Source: Podarcis liolepis
Taxonomy: Eukaryota
Assembly (NCBI GenBank): GCA_965112155.1
Contig: OZ218101.1
Length of the DNA stretch: 64,000 bases
Reading direction: 5' to 3' (one strand)
Made by a program: the position numbers and the translations under genes. Positions 39,281 through 54,562 of the stretch are shown here, piece by piece (positions within the stretch are counted from its first letter, which is position 1; each line of letters begins with the position of its first letter). The notes under the pieces were generated by a model, which had not been told where the DNA came from, made no database searches, and saw nothing but the letters and a program-made list of their open reading frames with translations.

Positions 39281-39512
39281 CAGTCGTACCTTGGTTGTCA
39301 AATGGAATCCATTCCAGAAGTCCGTTCGACTTCCGAAAACCAGGGCACAGGTTCCGATTGGCTGCAGGAGCTTCCTGCACTCAATCGGAAGCAGCGGCGG
39401 ACGATCAGCTTCCAAAGAACGTTCGCAAACCGAAACACTCACTTCCAGGTTTGTGGAGTTCAGGAGCCAAAATAGACGAGTACGAAGGCGTTTGACAACG
39501 AAGGTACGACTG
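39281..39512. mobile_element. Tigger-like MITE, related subfamily
   Basis: TIR CAGTCGTACCTTGGTTGTCAAA / TTTGACAACGAAGGTACGACTG-TA. Confidence 0.82.
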
Positions 39513-40325
39513 TACTTTAGAGGTACAGTTCTCCAAATGTGAAGTGCTCCTGTTGAAAGACGAGGGGTGTTTTCCTGTTCTGAGTACGTGGCCCTAGTCA
39601 CATGCTGCCAAACACGCATGCTTGCCACTTCCCTATGGTTAGATTCGACTCCAATGATGTTTTGAGATAGCGACAGGCTGATCATGCAGGTACAACTCAT
39701 GCCCATGTATCCTAGTCCCTGACATTGTGCACGTACCATAAGCATAATTCCTTCCTTCAAGCATTATAGGAGCAGGATGGGATTCAAGACGAAAGGAACT
39801 GGCAGTTGTGCTTTTCTGGTAATGAGAGGCCTGGTCTTGCTCCACTCACCTTCTGGGCCCTCAAATTGTCATGAGAATTGAGCAAGTGTTACCTCTCATT
39901 CACCCTACCTAGTTATACTTCAAGAGGCTCACGTCTGCTGCTACTTCACTTGGGAGAGGCTTCCTATAAAAACCACATATACTGTAAAATGGAGAGGAAG
40001 TACCCAGACAGGTTGCATCTTTCTCCAGCCAATGTGTCAAGAATTTATAAAGAAGGTCACTAAATTTTGAACGGTTTACGTAAGACTACCCACCTACCCA
40101 CCTGAAAGGGTGAACAGCTGAATCAAAAAGAAGCTGGAATGTGTAAACAAGATGCTTCATTTAATTACCAGTGCTTGTATTCCAGTGAGAACAATACAGG
40201 GAAATGAGGACCACTTCATGATCCCACAAGTTGGCAAGGAAGGGGAATTCCTTGGTGGCCGAGTCTCAATGTGTTTGATTTCTTTTGTTCCAAAATGCCT
40301 GAACAATTGGGCACATGCTACTTGG

Positions 40326-40327
40326 TT

Positions 40328-40386
<59 letters not shown>
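40326..40386. repeat. (TTTC)n microsatellite
   Basis: Direct reading. Confidence 0.95.
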
Positions 40387-40387
<1 letters not shown>

Positions 40388-40627
40388 AAGTTCTACATCT
40401 TATGTAGTAATAGAAGCTTCCTGTGGAGGAGGGTTAATTTCTGAGTTTTGCTCAGAAATTACATTTATTTCTCCTCCTTGGTGCTTTTTTTCAGTGTTTG
40501 CAGTGGAAATCAGACTGCAATGAGAGTCCATCTATTCTTGTGAACAAAGCATTTTGAAGTCTCCTAAATCACTGAGTGAGTTTGTTTTTTTAAAAAAAAT
40601 CTACTTTTAACCTAGAGTTGCTAAATA

Positions 40628-40828
40628 CAGTGGTACCTCGGATTAAGAACTTAATTCGTTCCGGAGGTCCATTCTTAATCTTTAGCTTATGGGGCCTCCA
40701 GCTGCCACCGTGCCGCTGCTGCGTGATTTCTGTTCTCATCCTGAAGCAAAGTTCTTAACCCAAGGTACTATTTCTGGGTTAGCGGAGTCGTCTGTAACCT
40801 GAAGCGTCTGTAACCCAAGGTAACACTG
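40628..40828 (-). mobile_element. Tc1/mariner (Tigger/pogo-like) MITE, internally deleted
   Basis: TA-CAGTGGTACCTCGG...CCAAGGTAACACTG-TA; interior matches 10008-10249. Confidence 0.88.
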
Positions 40829-42831
40829 TACACATTTCTTAAAAGGGAGGAGGAGTGTGAAACAGGGCATTTTGGTACCTCAGATGGAAAACCCACATTC
40901 CCCTCAACTTAAACATGGTGCTCAGTTTACAAAGCAATTCATCTGCATGCTCTGAACTGGAAAGAACAACAGATGAACCAACACACAGTTGTTCATTGCA
41001 GCGGGTTTTGTACTGGACATCTATTCTACAGTTACATCTGCAGAATTCCATACCATAGCTCACATCATCCGAGCGTCTCCCAATCACCAGCAGCAGATTA
41101 TTATTTTTTTGTACGGGTGGGTGGGATTATCATGGGGAGATCCTGATCTGTGAAAATTGATTCTGTTTGATTTGTGGGAAGGAAAGTTAAGATTCAAACC
41201 ACTAATTTTGGATTTTCATATGCACTGTGAGCCAGAAGGGGAAAAGGTCAGGCGAGAGAAGGGTGCGAGCAGAACAAATTCCCTTGGCACAGACATTTGA
41301 AAACTGAAACACAGCCATCACTACCATGTAGAACTTAGAACGTTTCGAGGAAGGCTCCTTTCTCTGTTCAATAGCAGGCTGTCTCCCATTTGCCATCGCC
41401 CTCAATCAAAGAAGTCCACATGCTTGTGCTTCTCTTTCCCCTTCCCCCTTCAGCCGAGCTCTTTAACTGAAAAGGCCTGGAACAGATTAAAAGTTCAACC
41501 ACAGAATAATTTTTTTTTAAAAAAAAAAAAATCTTCTGGCGTGTACTCAAGTCTGTCTGCACTATGCATACACACTGGGCCCAAAAAGGGAAACTATGCA
41601 GTGAAAAAAATAAAACAGCTGTATGCCTCTCTTTTTTGGATATTGAAGCTTTTGAGTTTAACTGATGCAGCACTTCACATCTTAGGAAAGGATGGAATGC
41701 TTAAGACAAGTAGTTGCATTGCTCGGAGTGAGGAGACACCACTATTCACAGCAGATTGAGTGTGTTTTTTCCAGCTTGTGACCTTTGCTCTAGCTCCTTA
41801 TTCCAGATAGCCTTTAACAACTCTTGCAAGTAAAAGTGGGGGGGGGGGGAGGGGGAGAGAAAGAGATCAATGCATGGGGGAAAGGAGCAAAAAACGAAAT
41901 AACCCCCCCCAACCCTTTCCTTCTCAGATCATCAACACATGGCCCTGACATGACACTTTGCAGATCACTCTTTCCTGGGAGAAGCAGAGGTTGCCTCGAC
42001 CCTACCAAACATGGTTTGGTTCTCACAGTAACACAGTTCTAAGAGCTGCAGCTCTAAAATCATTTTGGTATGATCACCAAAAAATATTTTGAGCTGCCAG
42101 CACTCAGTGTAGTGATGGGCAAGTAGCCATTCAGTGTGCCTAAATAGCAACCTGCTTGGTCATCATTTCTTCCAGGTATCCAGGCAAGGAAAGTTTTTCA
42201 ACCTAACAGTTGGTTCCTCTTCTACTGCCTTTCAGGTCACTGCTGAGCCACACAGGGTGGACCAATTTAAAATTACAAGGCTATTTAAATCAAATCACAG
42301 GGAAAGGGGCCAATTCATATCAAGTTCCCCATCTTTTGATTCATCTATTTCTTGAACAACTATGAATTTTAATTGGTTACTAATACAGTTAAAGCCTATC
42401 TGCTTGCCACTAAACAGAACATTTTACTACATAGGCGCACTGTTAACAGTTGCTCTGTTACAAAGCCCACTAAAGATATAAATCCATTAAGAGGAGTAAT
42501 TGTGAAATTACGAGTTTCCGTTTGGCTTTATATACACATCCAGGCACTAAACAAGATCATTTACGGTTAAGTGCTCCAAACTTCCCAGAAGTAATGGCTG
42601 GTAATATTTTCATGGTATGGAAAGTGTCCATGCTAGTCTACATTTTCAGTTCACACAATAAATTATTCCACTTTGGAGCTAGCTATTTTAGTGCTTGACC
42701 TTAGGACAATTTTTTTTTTTTTTTGCCTCAGGTTCATCTTTTGAATAAAAAAAATCAGGCTTTTAACTCAGTGTATCTAGTAAGGTATACTTTCTGCAGG
42801 GAAGTGATCTGGGGTGTTTCAGAGTGTAATA

Positions 42832-42967
42832 CAGGCATAGGCAAACTCGGCCCTCCAGATGTTTTGGGACTACAACTCCCATCATCCCTGACCACTGGTC
42901 CCGTTAGCTAGGGATGATGGGAGTTGTAGTCCCAAAACATCTGGAAGGCCAAGTTTTCCTATGTCTG
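42832..42967. mobile_element. 136-bp palindromic hAT MITE
   Basis: Same core as 22937-23072 in opposite orientation; perfect TSD GTGTAATA. Confidence 0.92.
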
Positions 42968-44001
42968 GTGTAATACCCTGAAGCACAAATGTTGTCATTC
43001 GTGAATATAATAAAAGGGGAACAAATCTGTTACAGTACAAAGAAAGCTTTACTGCATCTGTGAGCAAGCACCCTGCTTTTGAAATTGTATAGCTATGAAA
43101 GCTTTTGCAACATACAAAGCTGCCTAAAACTTGACAAGTTAGTTCTAATTCCTAGCTGACATTCACTCTTCAAGACATACAGCCAGTTTCACTGCAACTG
43201 CAATTATTCAACCGGCCTACAAAGACCTTCCAAGTGACACAAGCCAATGGCAGTGGTGGAACAAAAAATGGTTTTCTGACCACTATCTTCATTCCACCTC
43301 CATAAACACCTTAACAAACCATCACCAAACAACCACAGGTACAGTTATACCAATCAGATTACAGCTCCTCCTATACAGCCACCCAGTGAAATCACAGCAT
43401 TTCTGGAGAGTTTGATGCTTGGGTATGTGATTTCTCAAGGGTATCCGCTTATTTAAAGAGAGAAATGAAGGTCATGTAGCACGAGCCATCAATGGTTTAA
43501 GATTTCCAGCAGGGGTGGTGGACAGAAAAATGCATACCATGATGTTTTTGAAACTCTTTCCCCATACTATACAATGTCGTTTCAGGAGTGGAGGCACCCT
43601 TTTACCTTTCTTGTTCTCCCCATTTCTTCTATCTGGCAGTAAAGCGGTTAGGCTGAGGCTGCCAGGCAATCCTGCACTTGACCTCCAGTAGGACTGAACT
43701 ATCTAGAACAGAGCAGAAAGGCTTTGGGTGCGTGGGAAAGGAGAAAGACATCTCTTCTTCCTTCCCTGCTGCTGAATGGTCCTCTTCCCCTAAGTTCTTA
43801 GACATCACTGCAATGTTGCTGCTTTATCCTAGCTGGAACTCTGAACAAGAGAACTCCTTAGAACACATTGCACTATTCCATTGTGGTTCATCACTTTTTC
43901 TTAAGTTCCATAGCACCTCAAATTTACTAGGTGTTTTGGCAGTCTGGTGTCAGAATGCTTCTCATACTGAACTGACCCAAGATCTAAAGATGAAGGACAG
44001 G

Positions 44002-44050
44002 AAACAAACAAACAAACAAACAAACAAACAAACAAACAAACAAACAAACA
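44002..44050. repeat. (AAAC)n microsatellite
   Basis: Direct reading. Confidence 0.95.
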
Positions 44051-46783
44051 GGGCAGGGCACTAGTATGGTGTCTCACTAACTCTTGAGCTCCCTGATCTT
44101 TTGCAGTCCTCAGCCTTCTTCCTCTCCACAAACAAAATAGGGCTGTTAAACTTTTTGCTTTAGTTAACTGTATCGTGAAGAGTCAGGAGGCTTATTTAGC
44201 ACTGAAAGGTGCAATTCTAACCCTACTTACCTGGGAGCAAGCCCCACTGAATTCAATGGGACTTACCACTGCGCAGGCATGGCTAGGATTTTGCTGTAAA
44301 ACATTAACACACAAATACGAGTAGTGAGATCTAATACGGGAAAAACAAGAGCTGTCGAGTCTTCCAGCAGTGTGCACTTGTGAAGTTAATGCACCTCCCT
44401 GAAGAGGCCCACAGCTGTTGATAGGTCAAAAGCCCTGTGAAGCTTCAAAGCCTTTTGTACACCTTCAGCCTGACCTACTCAGTGATCTGCACATTATTTT
44501 CATTTCACTGCACTAAGGCCAAGACAAAACTTCAGAAGCCACAAGTATCTGCTTTCTTGCCAGTATCACGTCTGTTGTGTGGTTCTTTATAAGGACGCAT
44601 GTACGGGTATAACATTCTAAAATAAAGAACCAGCCAGCAGAGTTACTGCATTTTTAAAGAGTATCTTAACTTCACATATCCTGCTTTCCTTTACAGAAAT
44701 ACCCAACAGCTTCCCTAAGATTCCAATATCCCTTTTAAGTACCAATGCTCAAGTTTAACAATGTGGCGTCACCACAAGCCTTCAGAGCATTCCCTGGCCA
44801 TAGCTGTCTATCCCATATTAGTGGCCCTGTGCATGCATATTTAACATTATTTTCTCTTATCCAATATTATTATATCCTTACTAAACAAAAGAAATTAATA
44901 AACAGGTACCCAAATAAGCCTCGGTAAAGCCTATATAATATTTTGTGGAGAAGTTTCCATTAAGGCCAAAACAATTGTTTTTAAACACAACATGCCAATT
45001 TTTAGCTTTCTTGGGGGGGTGGAAATATTGTTTATGTGAATTCCAACCAATTTCAAAACTGCAATCCTAAATACTTACTAGTGAGTAAACCCCACTGGAC
45101 ACAGTAGGGCTTTCTCCTGAGTAAACACGCACAAGATTTTTCTGTGTGTGACACTAAAAAGTTTACTTTCAAGTCATTAGAAACCGCTCCTTCAGGAAGC
45201 TGGTTTCAAGTTCTGATTTCCCAATAAGCTACAGGAAGACAGAAAATGAAACCAAAAGGACCACACAGACGAATTCTAAAGGAATTGACATGGGGGGGGG
45301 GTATCCAAAAGGTGGCGCTTGGCCCTGGATCTTAGGCAGGTCAATCAAAAAATCATGTTTTTGTAAGAAAAAGATCAACAACTTTTGGGGTGTCATGGCT
45401 TTTACTTTTTCAAATATGGCAGCTCTCTAAATGGCCTACATAAAATTGATCGCCAAAAAGCATGGTTGCAAACATGGTTTGCTGCCCTGTTACCCACGCA
45501 CTCCCTTCCACTCCCCAGCCCCAGGCGAAGAATCCCTTATTCACCAAGTATTTCAGCATCCTTCACAGCTGTTCAGCTTTGTAAAAGGGCATGCCTGGAT
45601 CTCTCAACCATGCCAACAGATAAGAAGAGACAACACTCGTGTGTTGCTAGATTTGGAACAAACACTACAGTGCACCCAGTTCTTTGCTATAAACAAGTTT
45701 CCAAAGCTTTATGCATTATGTATCTGCTGAGGGGTTCTCCCATTGATCATTACAGCAAACTATAGTGCAAGGTTTATAACAATGCAAGTTATAAAACAAG
45801 TCTTGCTGGCATAGCAAAGAAAAAATAATGACGATTTTATATTAATGCGGACAATTGGATGGCAAGTACTTCTACTGCCAAGTAAACCCATGAGTGCAAC
45901 AAAAACGGGCAACCCTTAAGACAAAGATCCTATAAAATCCTGAACCTTGGCATTAAAGCGGTTGTCACCTGTAATCTAACCTTGGATGCCAACCATTGGC
46001 TGAGGCATTGTGACATCACAGAATGTTCACAACAGTCCTACTTGCTGAGAAGAAGGGACAGTCACGTGCTTGCAATGTTGTTGCTGTGTAAGGAGTGGAA
46101 AATCAGCCATGGAAAAGCAAATGCATGCATTGATTAGCATAAGGGACTGAATCAGAGGTGCTTGGAAGATCAAGTCCTAAGAAATTGAGGGGGATTTACT
46201 TCAAGGAAAAGTAAAGGCTGAAAAGCTGAGTGGAAAGAGGACTCATGAGGCAGATCAGCTGTCTCTAATCCCTTTAGTGTATAAAGCTAGTGTAGATAGA
46301 AGCTTGAAGACCAAGCCATGAACTAGAATAATTCTGGGTCAAATTGTTTCCCTGAACTAAGCAGCCTAAGCCCTCTATGGGCATCATTAGGCTAACTTTA
46401 CAGAATCGTTATAACAATTGTCAGCGTAAGTAAAGCATGTCAAACATTGTAAAGATGCAACATATTATTCAAGGAGCCTACAATACAAGAATCTGAGGAA
46501 GGGGTGGGAAGGAGGCTGCAGAAAACTCGAATGTGGTGGGCTGGAAGTGTCAATGAGAGGAGGACACTGGGGGGAAATCTATCCCACTGCCTAGGGACGG
46601 GAGTGTTATGTGTTAACAGAAGTGGGCAGAGGCACAAGACAGTTAAAGAGACATGAGGTACGGAGATAGGTGGGGGTGAATTTTAGAAATTAATCTGAAA
46701 TACTTAGCCAAGTCTTTGGCTACAGGTAGCCAGTAAAAAGGAAAAAATATATGTTATATTTACCTAAGTACAAAGGTGTCTTA

Positions 46784-46969
<186 letters not shown>

Positions 46970-49662
46970 TCATAGTAGGCTCTGCTTTGCCCCTACTGAA
47001 AAAGTTAGCCAATTTTTATTAAGAACCCCCAAAAATGATTTACACAGCACACAGCACACATGAAACTAATAGTTTCAGTCTCTAGTAGCTCTGGAGGTGT
47101 GGGGGACAGAGAAAGATGCTGTGTTATAGTAACACATTCGTTTCGCGCATCTGGAGTGAAAAATCTCAAACTACCCCAGAGTTCACCCTATTTTTTATTT
47201 GCTCAAAATTTGCCCTATTCCCAAGATGTAACGCAGGTGGTGGTAAATACACATGCAGGAGACTAGTCTCTGGGCCCAAAATCCTCATAGTTTGTATGTA
47301 TAAAGCAACTATTTCTGTCTTTGTTTCTCCTTTATCGCCTTTTAGGAGCAGCTGAACATTCAATATTCCAGAAGCGTTTAGGATCTACTTTTGGCTTCCT
47401 TTGTGTCCTTGTTTAGTTTTTCTAAATGATTCCCCATATGTTGCACTTCATTTTTAAAGAATGTGAGTTGGCTGGCAATTTGTGGAGTCATTAGGAGGGT
47501 TGCAAAAAGTGTTACGACACTGTAGCAGGCAATTAGAGGCTCCTGTATTTTCTCCTGGACTCAGTGCAGGCCAGTATGGGCCATACTAAGATGGACTTGG
47601 GCTGAGTAGACCACAGTCAGAGACTCACTAGATAAGATGCCCTGCCAGATACTTTCTCCGTTACTATCTATAGAATGGAAACAGTGATCACCCACTTCTT
47701 TCAGGACTGACAAGAGCATCGATGAACTAGAAACTGTGATGCATTTTGTACACTAAAATAACTATGTAGACTGTTAATCATAGAAGCATTCGTTTATTGG
47801 CGGGAAACAGCAATGTTCTATTTTTCTTCAGTGTCCCATCTTAATGAGCAGTGAGCTAATGTTCAGCATCAAAACATCACAGAAGCACAACATGCTCCAC
47901 TTATCTCCAATGCAAATTCCAAATACGCCCATTAATTATGTAAATGTATGCATATGAAGTAGAAAGTGAAGAGGGTTAACTAATAGGCTTTCAGTGTTGC
48001 TCATCCACTGAGCAGAGAGAATGAAGTCTTAAGTTAGGAAGGACCACCCAAGATAGCACATATGGAGAGATTTGAAGAGTACGTTAAAGAGGAAAGTTTA
48101 TTAGTAATTCATTACGCTGCCTTTCCACAACACTCAAAAGGAAGGGGGTAAAAATTGTATTTCACAGTAACTCAGATACCGCCATGCCCACCATCTTTGC
48201 ACCTCCAGTTCTTATCCTCCCTCAGCAGCAGGAAGGTTCCCTTCTCTCTTTCCTCTTATTATCCATTGCTGCCTTTTATGCCCTGAAATCCCTCCCAGAT
48301 TTTCTAGTGTCATCTACTTCCCTTCAAAATCTACATTGTCCATGAAGCTGTTCTTGACCCTCCATTCACCCAATTTCAACAAAATCTAAGTACCTGTCCC
48401 CCCCCCCCATGTTCTAGACTGTCAACAAACATCTGGATGAGAGGATCCAGTAGGCATCTCAAATTGGAAGGCTGTAGGAAATGGGGTTCTGCAAGGAACT
48501 CCACTGGGACCAGTGCTTTCTAACTTGCTTTAAAAAGGATTCGGAATTAGGAGTTTGCAGTGAAGTAATCAAGTTTGATGATGATGCTATGGCTTTGTAC
48601 TACTACTTCCATCATTGGAAGCAGTATGCCTCTGAAAGCCAACTGCTAGGAACTGCAAGTGAGAAAAATGATGTTGCAGTCATGTCCTGCTTGTGGGCCT
48701 CCCATAGGCCTCTGAACACCAGCCTCTGGGGATCATGAAACGCAGCGGGCTATCACACTCATATACTGCTTGTTAGCTTTCCATGGGCATCTGGTTAGAC
48801 ACTGTGAGAACAGAATTCGGAACTAAATTAGCTCTTGGTTTAATTCAGTTGGCTTTTCTTATACCCCCCTGTTCTCTTTCAGCTGTCAACTCTTGGACTG
48901 AAAGCCACCAGGGCCAGGACCTATTTTAGCTCATGCTGCAAAGCACTAAGTACATGGACAGGAAGTATTTTAGCAATCAGGATTTCTCGTTATTTTTATT
49001 TTTAAAAGATAATGGCCAACCCAAGATTACTTAATAAGTTGCATTGCTAAGGATGAATTCGAACACATCCAGTATTTTATCCTGGACACTCCACCAGGAT
49101 TTCCACAGTGCATACATTGTAAAAACTCCCACCTTCTTCAAAAAATGCATAGGTGTGTAATAAAAGAAGGCACAGGAAAACAAATGTAGCAGAAACATAG
49201 TTTGCTCCTGTTCCACTTTCAAAGCAGCATAAATCCCTTGCATAAATAGCGTAGGGCCGTAGGCAAAGCAGAAAGTATGCCACGAGATTTGAAAACAAGC
49301 TATATTTATGCCAGCTTTTACTAGACTAGACCCAATGGTGGGTCTCTACCAACAGGAGTTTGCAAGTGCAGGACGTATCACTGGCTGCTGCAATATTGCC
49401 CATTTTTGGCACAAATTCTGCTCGTTGCAAGTGGAGACACAGAATCACACTGCACAAAATGAGTGGACCACATTTTGTCATTGTGGCTGCAGCTACATCT
49501 GGGGTAGTTTAACACTGTTATGACTCCTGTCCCCTTCCATTCACCCCAATACCCATGCGTCATGCTCTTTCCATGTTCTTTGATACTTATAAGTATCTCA
49601 CTCCAGGCAAACCACTTAGTAGCTATCATTATTAACCAAAGGAATTAGCAATATGCATTACT

Positions 49663-49698
<36 letters not shown>

Positions 49699-50237
49699 AA
49701 TCAAGACTACCATGCAGCCTTTCAGAAGCACCACCACTTCCCAACTGAGGACTTTGAAAGGGAAGAAAAATCATAACTTTGCCCCCCCCCCACCTTTCGG
49801 TGGATAGAGTAATTGACTGATTCTCAATTTGATCTTTTGTTGTGGCTGCAAGTGTGCCTCCCCTCCCACAACACAATCAAACACAGTACCAAATGTGTCA
49901 TTGCAGTAGGCCTCCCCCCAAAATTTCCAGTTTCTCTCTCATCCATGCCCAACTTCCCACTTCAATCATCACATGAAAAGTTGCAACCACCATCATTACT
50001 TTTGATAAACTACAAAAACTAAAGCTGCAGAAAGTGACAATTCCTGCATAATCTGAGCTCTTAAAAGTCACCATCCAATGTTATGTGATCCATCTGTAAT
50101 CTTTATTAAAGCCATACAATTTCACATCCGAGAAGCCAGGTGTTCAAGTTTTAAAAATGCAGTTGTGTAACTCAATAATATACAAAATAGCTAGCACAGA
50201 ATTCAGAGCTACAGTACCCCTGAGAGCTTGTTTGGAC

Positions 50238-50374
50238 TAGGGATGGAGAACCTAAGGCCCTCCAAATATCGTTGGACTACAACTCTCATTGTTTCTGTCT
50301 ATTGGCTTACTCAGTGAGTCTGATGGGAAGTGGAGTCCAACAACATCTAGAGGCCAATTGGTTTCCCACCCCTA
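50238..50374. mobile_element. Older palindromic hAT MITE
   Basis: Degenerate GGACTACAACTC...GGGAAGTGGAGTCC hairpin related to the 136-bp MITE; a further decayed copy lies near 28368-28470. Confidence 0.6.
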
Positions 50375-51271
50375 GTTTAGATAAAGCAAGAAGTGGGTAT
50401 ACAATAAGAAAAGCAATGGCAAGGAAAGTTGCTTTGCTCTGTCTTTCCAACAAAGAATCAGCATGGAACAGGGAACTCATCTTAACACTGCACCTATGTA
50501 CAATCACCACAACTGTTCCCCATCTGGCATTCAGACAGCTGAAGGACTAGCATAGGTTAAGGGCCTGTAGCTGCATGGCACATGTCTCAAGAGTTTAGAG
50601 CTGGTTCCCCACTTCAGTCAACCTCCATGAATTGGAAAGTGACAGAAACTGCAACAGGAGGGAGCCAGACCTAGCATTTTAATTAGTGCCATGTTTTAAA
50701 GTAATGCCTGTAGAGGAGGACCACTGGCTTTTTTCGAATGAGAGATCGACTGTCATAGGCAAGAATGGGTTGTGCAGTTACTGAGCCACTTCCCAAAAAA
50801 GGGATCGAACAAAGCAGTGTTGACTTTTTCAAAAGGTTTTGCATGAGCCAAATGTTAGGAAAAACACCATGAAATCACACCAGATAGGAGAGAAATACAT
50901 CACGATTGTAATAAAAATGAAAGCAGAAAAAGGCAGGAGAGATTTAAGAGGACGAGAGAGAAAAACAAGAGAAGGGGTTATGTTGACTAACATGTAGTAA
51001 CTCGAGCAGCATATGAACTTTGATACTGTTTAAAAGCAGACTTTAATATTTCAAAAGAAACAGTTTCATCTCACTTCTCTATCTTGGAAGTACAGTGGGT
51101 CCCTTGTTAATTATACAAATCTGTATTATTTTTAATTGGGTGTTCTACCTCCTCGGTGGAAGCACCAGTATATAGCAATTATATGGGACATAAACTATTT
51201 AGGAACTGAAGCATATGTAGTAATGACAGACTGCACTTCAGCAATGCATAACTTTTCACTGTGAAATACTA

Positions 51272-51577
<306 letters not shown>

Positions 51578-52810
51578 TCATTGGAGGCATGGGCTAGCAT
51601 CTAAAAAAACTGCATAGTTCAACTTACCCAACAGGCATTTGGCTTGAGTGCTCCACCAACAGCAGGTTCCCATGGCATATAATGAACTATTTTTGAAACA
51701 GGAGCATCTTGTAATACAAATTTGTGGTATGGTATGGGAGGGTCTGCTGTTTAAAGGCCAGAAACAACCTCACCGGAAAGTCTGCAAGAGGGGCATGTCT
51801 AAAGTGGCTCTTCGGACCTCCACCATAACATGTTGGTCTGCTGTCAAACAATACAGGTTCCAGCTGCTTTGGCGTAAGGACAAAAATTGTCAGGGGAGTC
51901 AGCTAAAACTAGAGGGCTACACAAGGACGGGGACTACAGGAGACAACATCAATTCTGAATGCAGTCAGCTGAGGGATGACCATCTTTGACATGTTTCCAT
52001 GCTTCCAATGGTAATAGGGAGTATAATTAGCATTCTTATATAAAAAGATTTTTCCAAATATAAATTTAACCATGAAAGGGGGGGCAAGTAACTGTTTATA
52101 GATCAAAAAAGAACAGTATTATTTTGGATGACACAAAAACCTAACTATTTTCACTGGCGGTGGGGAGGCTAGTCACATTTCACCTAAATATTAGTAATGT
52201 TTTGTTGTTATGCAACTGCCCAATTACAATGAATCTGCTACCAACAAGGCAAGCTAACTCATGCATAAATGTTGCTTCCTCCCAACCCGCCTTTAAAGTG
52301 TGTTTTTGCTACCTGCTTCATTTCCACTTCCTCAAATCTGCTTACTCAGAATTCCAGGAACACAAACAGCAGAGAAATGCACTTGGGATTAGATATCAGA
52401 CTGCTCTAATGAGCCAGTTGTCATTCTCTGGAACATGTGCATGCCTGTTGCATCACAGGCAACCCGCCTGAGGAGAAGGCCAGGAAAAGATGACACCAGT
52501 GTACACAGACACAAACTAAGTTTCATTTCCTTGCCTCCATTCTCTACATACACACACACCTTTTTTTTCCTTTTGCCCAATCAGCTTAAGCTTTCTTTCA
52601 CCAAATGCTTTTGGGCCAATAGTAATGCTGCTGCAACCCACAGTCCTCTGTTCCATTTAGTACATTTGTGATTTTTAGCCATTTTGGGCACACATTTTAG
52701 ATAAGCCCCACAGGAATGGAAACAAGACAGCATGGTTCTTGAACTTTTTTTGTGCTTTAGATAACCATTTTAGTTTGTAGTGGTTTGCAGACAAGCACAT
52801 TTATTTATAT

Positions 52811-53315
52811 CATTGGTTTTCAGACAGTATGCCGTGGCAACACGGGGTGCCTGAATGGTGGTCAGGGGTGCCGCGGTAAACACTAGCCTCTGTCCCTCTT
52901 TCCTTCCCTCCTTCCTCTGATGCATTCTTGAGTCTCTGCCTCCCAAACGCTTGCATGGCTGTTTGTTGCAGCAGCCCTGGCTACAAATTCCCCAGGCAAG
53001 TGGTGCCTCTAGGACTGGCCAGGGGGTGCTTCCCAGGCCCCTGTGGGGCAGTGTGAGGAGACAGCTCTCTTTGGTGTAGGGGGGTGCAGCTCAGAGACCA
53101 GGGGCGGCAGCTGCAGCTGCCCAAAGGACTCCCAAAAGAGAGGGGAGGAGGCTGAGGGAACACTCCACAAAAGAGGGTGTTTGAAAAAGGGTGAGGGGCT
53201 GCCAGCTCTGCAGGCAAGGGGTGACATAACTGGGCTCCTGAGTCCCACAGGGGTGCCACAGAAAGAATGCAGATTGTCAAGGGAGCCATGGATTCAAAAA
53301 GGTTGAAAACCTCCA
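52811..53315. mobile_element. hAT/Charlie-like non-autonomous element
   Basis: Ends CATTGGTTTTCA...TTGAAAACCTCCA; TSD ATTTATAT/ATTTTTAT (7/8); GGTGCC subterminal motifs. Confidence 0.65.
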
Positions 53316-54189
53316 ATTTTTATTATTACTGCCATAGCAAGGCCACTCAAAAGTTGTTCATGTATTGAACATACTGATAAACAAAAAGTGCAAGCACAAT
53401 TCGGTAAGGTAGTGGGCATGTTTGTGCACATCTGGCAACACATAGATTTGTCAGACAAGTCACTGCTATTCAGAGCCAAAAAACTATCCTGGCCAAACTT
53501 TCAGATTTACTTATTTATTTAGCTATTTCAACATGGTCAAACAGACTTCTGAGTGCACAATGATCTTTCTTAGTTCAGCTTTAGATAATTTCATGTTTAA
53601 GTCTTCATGAAGAGGGAGTGCCGAAAGTTTTAGATTATTTTTCCAATCCTCTTTTAATAAACATCCATTAAAATAACAACTAATCCCCGCCCTCCCTTCT
53701 TTCTCACACACACAGTGGAAAAATAAGCTCAGATCACAATAAAGCTTTTGAAAAAATAATGCTAAAAAGTTAGAGCAACTGATGAAGCGAATGTACATTT
53801 GTGGCAAAACGTATCAGCAATTTCTCCCTGATCCCTCTAGAGCCAAATTAAATATTTTGGACTGCCTGCTTTGTGCTGTTTACAAAGAGTTTGGCTCCCA
53901 CTCCTTTCGTAAAGACTGTTCTTCAGAGGCAAATCTCTGGCTCCCTACTCGGCTTATGTCTCATGTTACAGTTTCCATAACCAACTTCTTTTAGAGAGGA
54001 AAGAACAGAGCATTGAGAGGTTAAGAAGTTTCATGACTTTTGAAACAACACATTTATTCAGCGAGCAAGAAATAAGTGCTAGGTAGTGGGCCTTAAAACA
54101 CACTAGGAAGAGATGACTAGAAATGAATAGGGAGAAAAGCAGGCATATACTCAAGCTATCGTTTACCACTATTTCTAACAATTGAAGAA

Positions 54190-54350
54190 TCTTGTGGAAC
54201 CTTGAAGACTAACAAATTGTTTTTGGCATAAGGTTGCATGGACTCAATCCCACTTCATCAGATGCAGGCTTGAGTCCATGAAAGCTTATGCTATAATAAA
54301 TAGGTTAGTCTTTATGGGGTGCCATTAGACTTTTTGATTGTTTTTGCTAC
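54190..54350. mobile_element. Penelope-like inverted terminal remnant
   Basis: Imperfect hairpin AAGACTAAC...GCATAAG...ATGGACTCAA / TTGAGTCCAT...CTTATGC...GTTAGTCTT; a similar terminus sits near 34628-34740. Confidence 0.5.
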
Positions 54351-54562
54351 AAGAGACTCCCAGCTACGTTGTAGGGGGATTTGGGTACCTCTGCAGCTAA
54401 CTGCACAGGCTGCTCCCCTTTACAATGCTTTGCTAGGCAAATCAGGGTTCAGGAAACAGCATGGAGGTCTACTAGGAAACAGTACAAGTAGCTATGCTCA
54501 AAATACTGACCAGATTAACTGGGGCTCTCTAGCTCCTGAATAGTAACCCTCTCTTATCTAAA

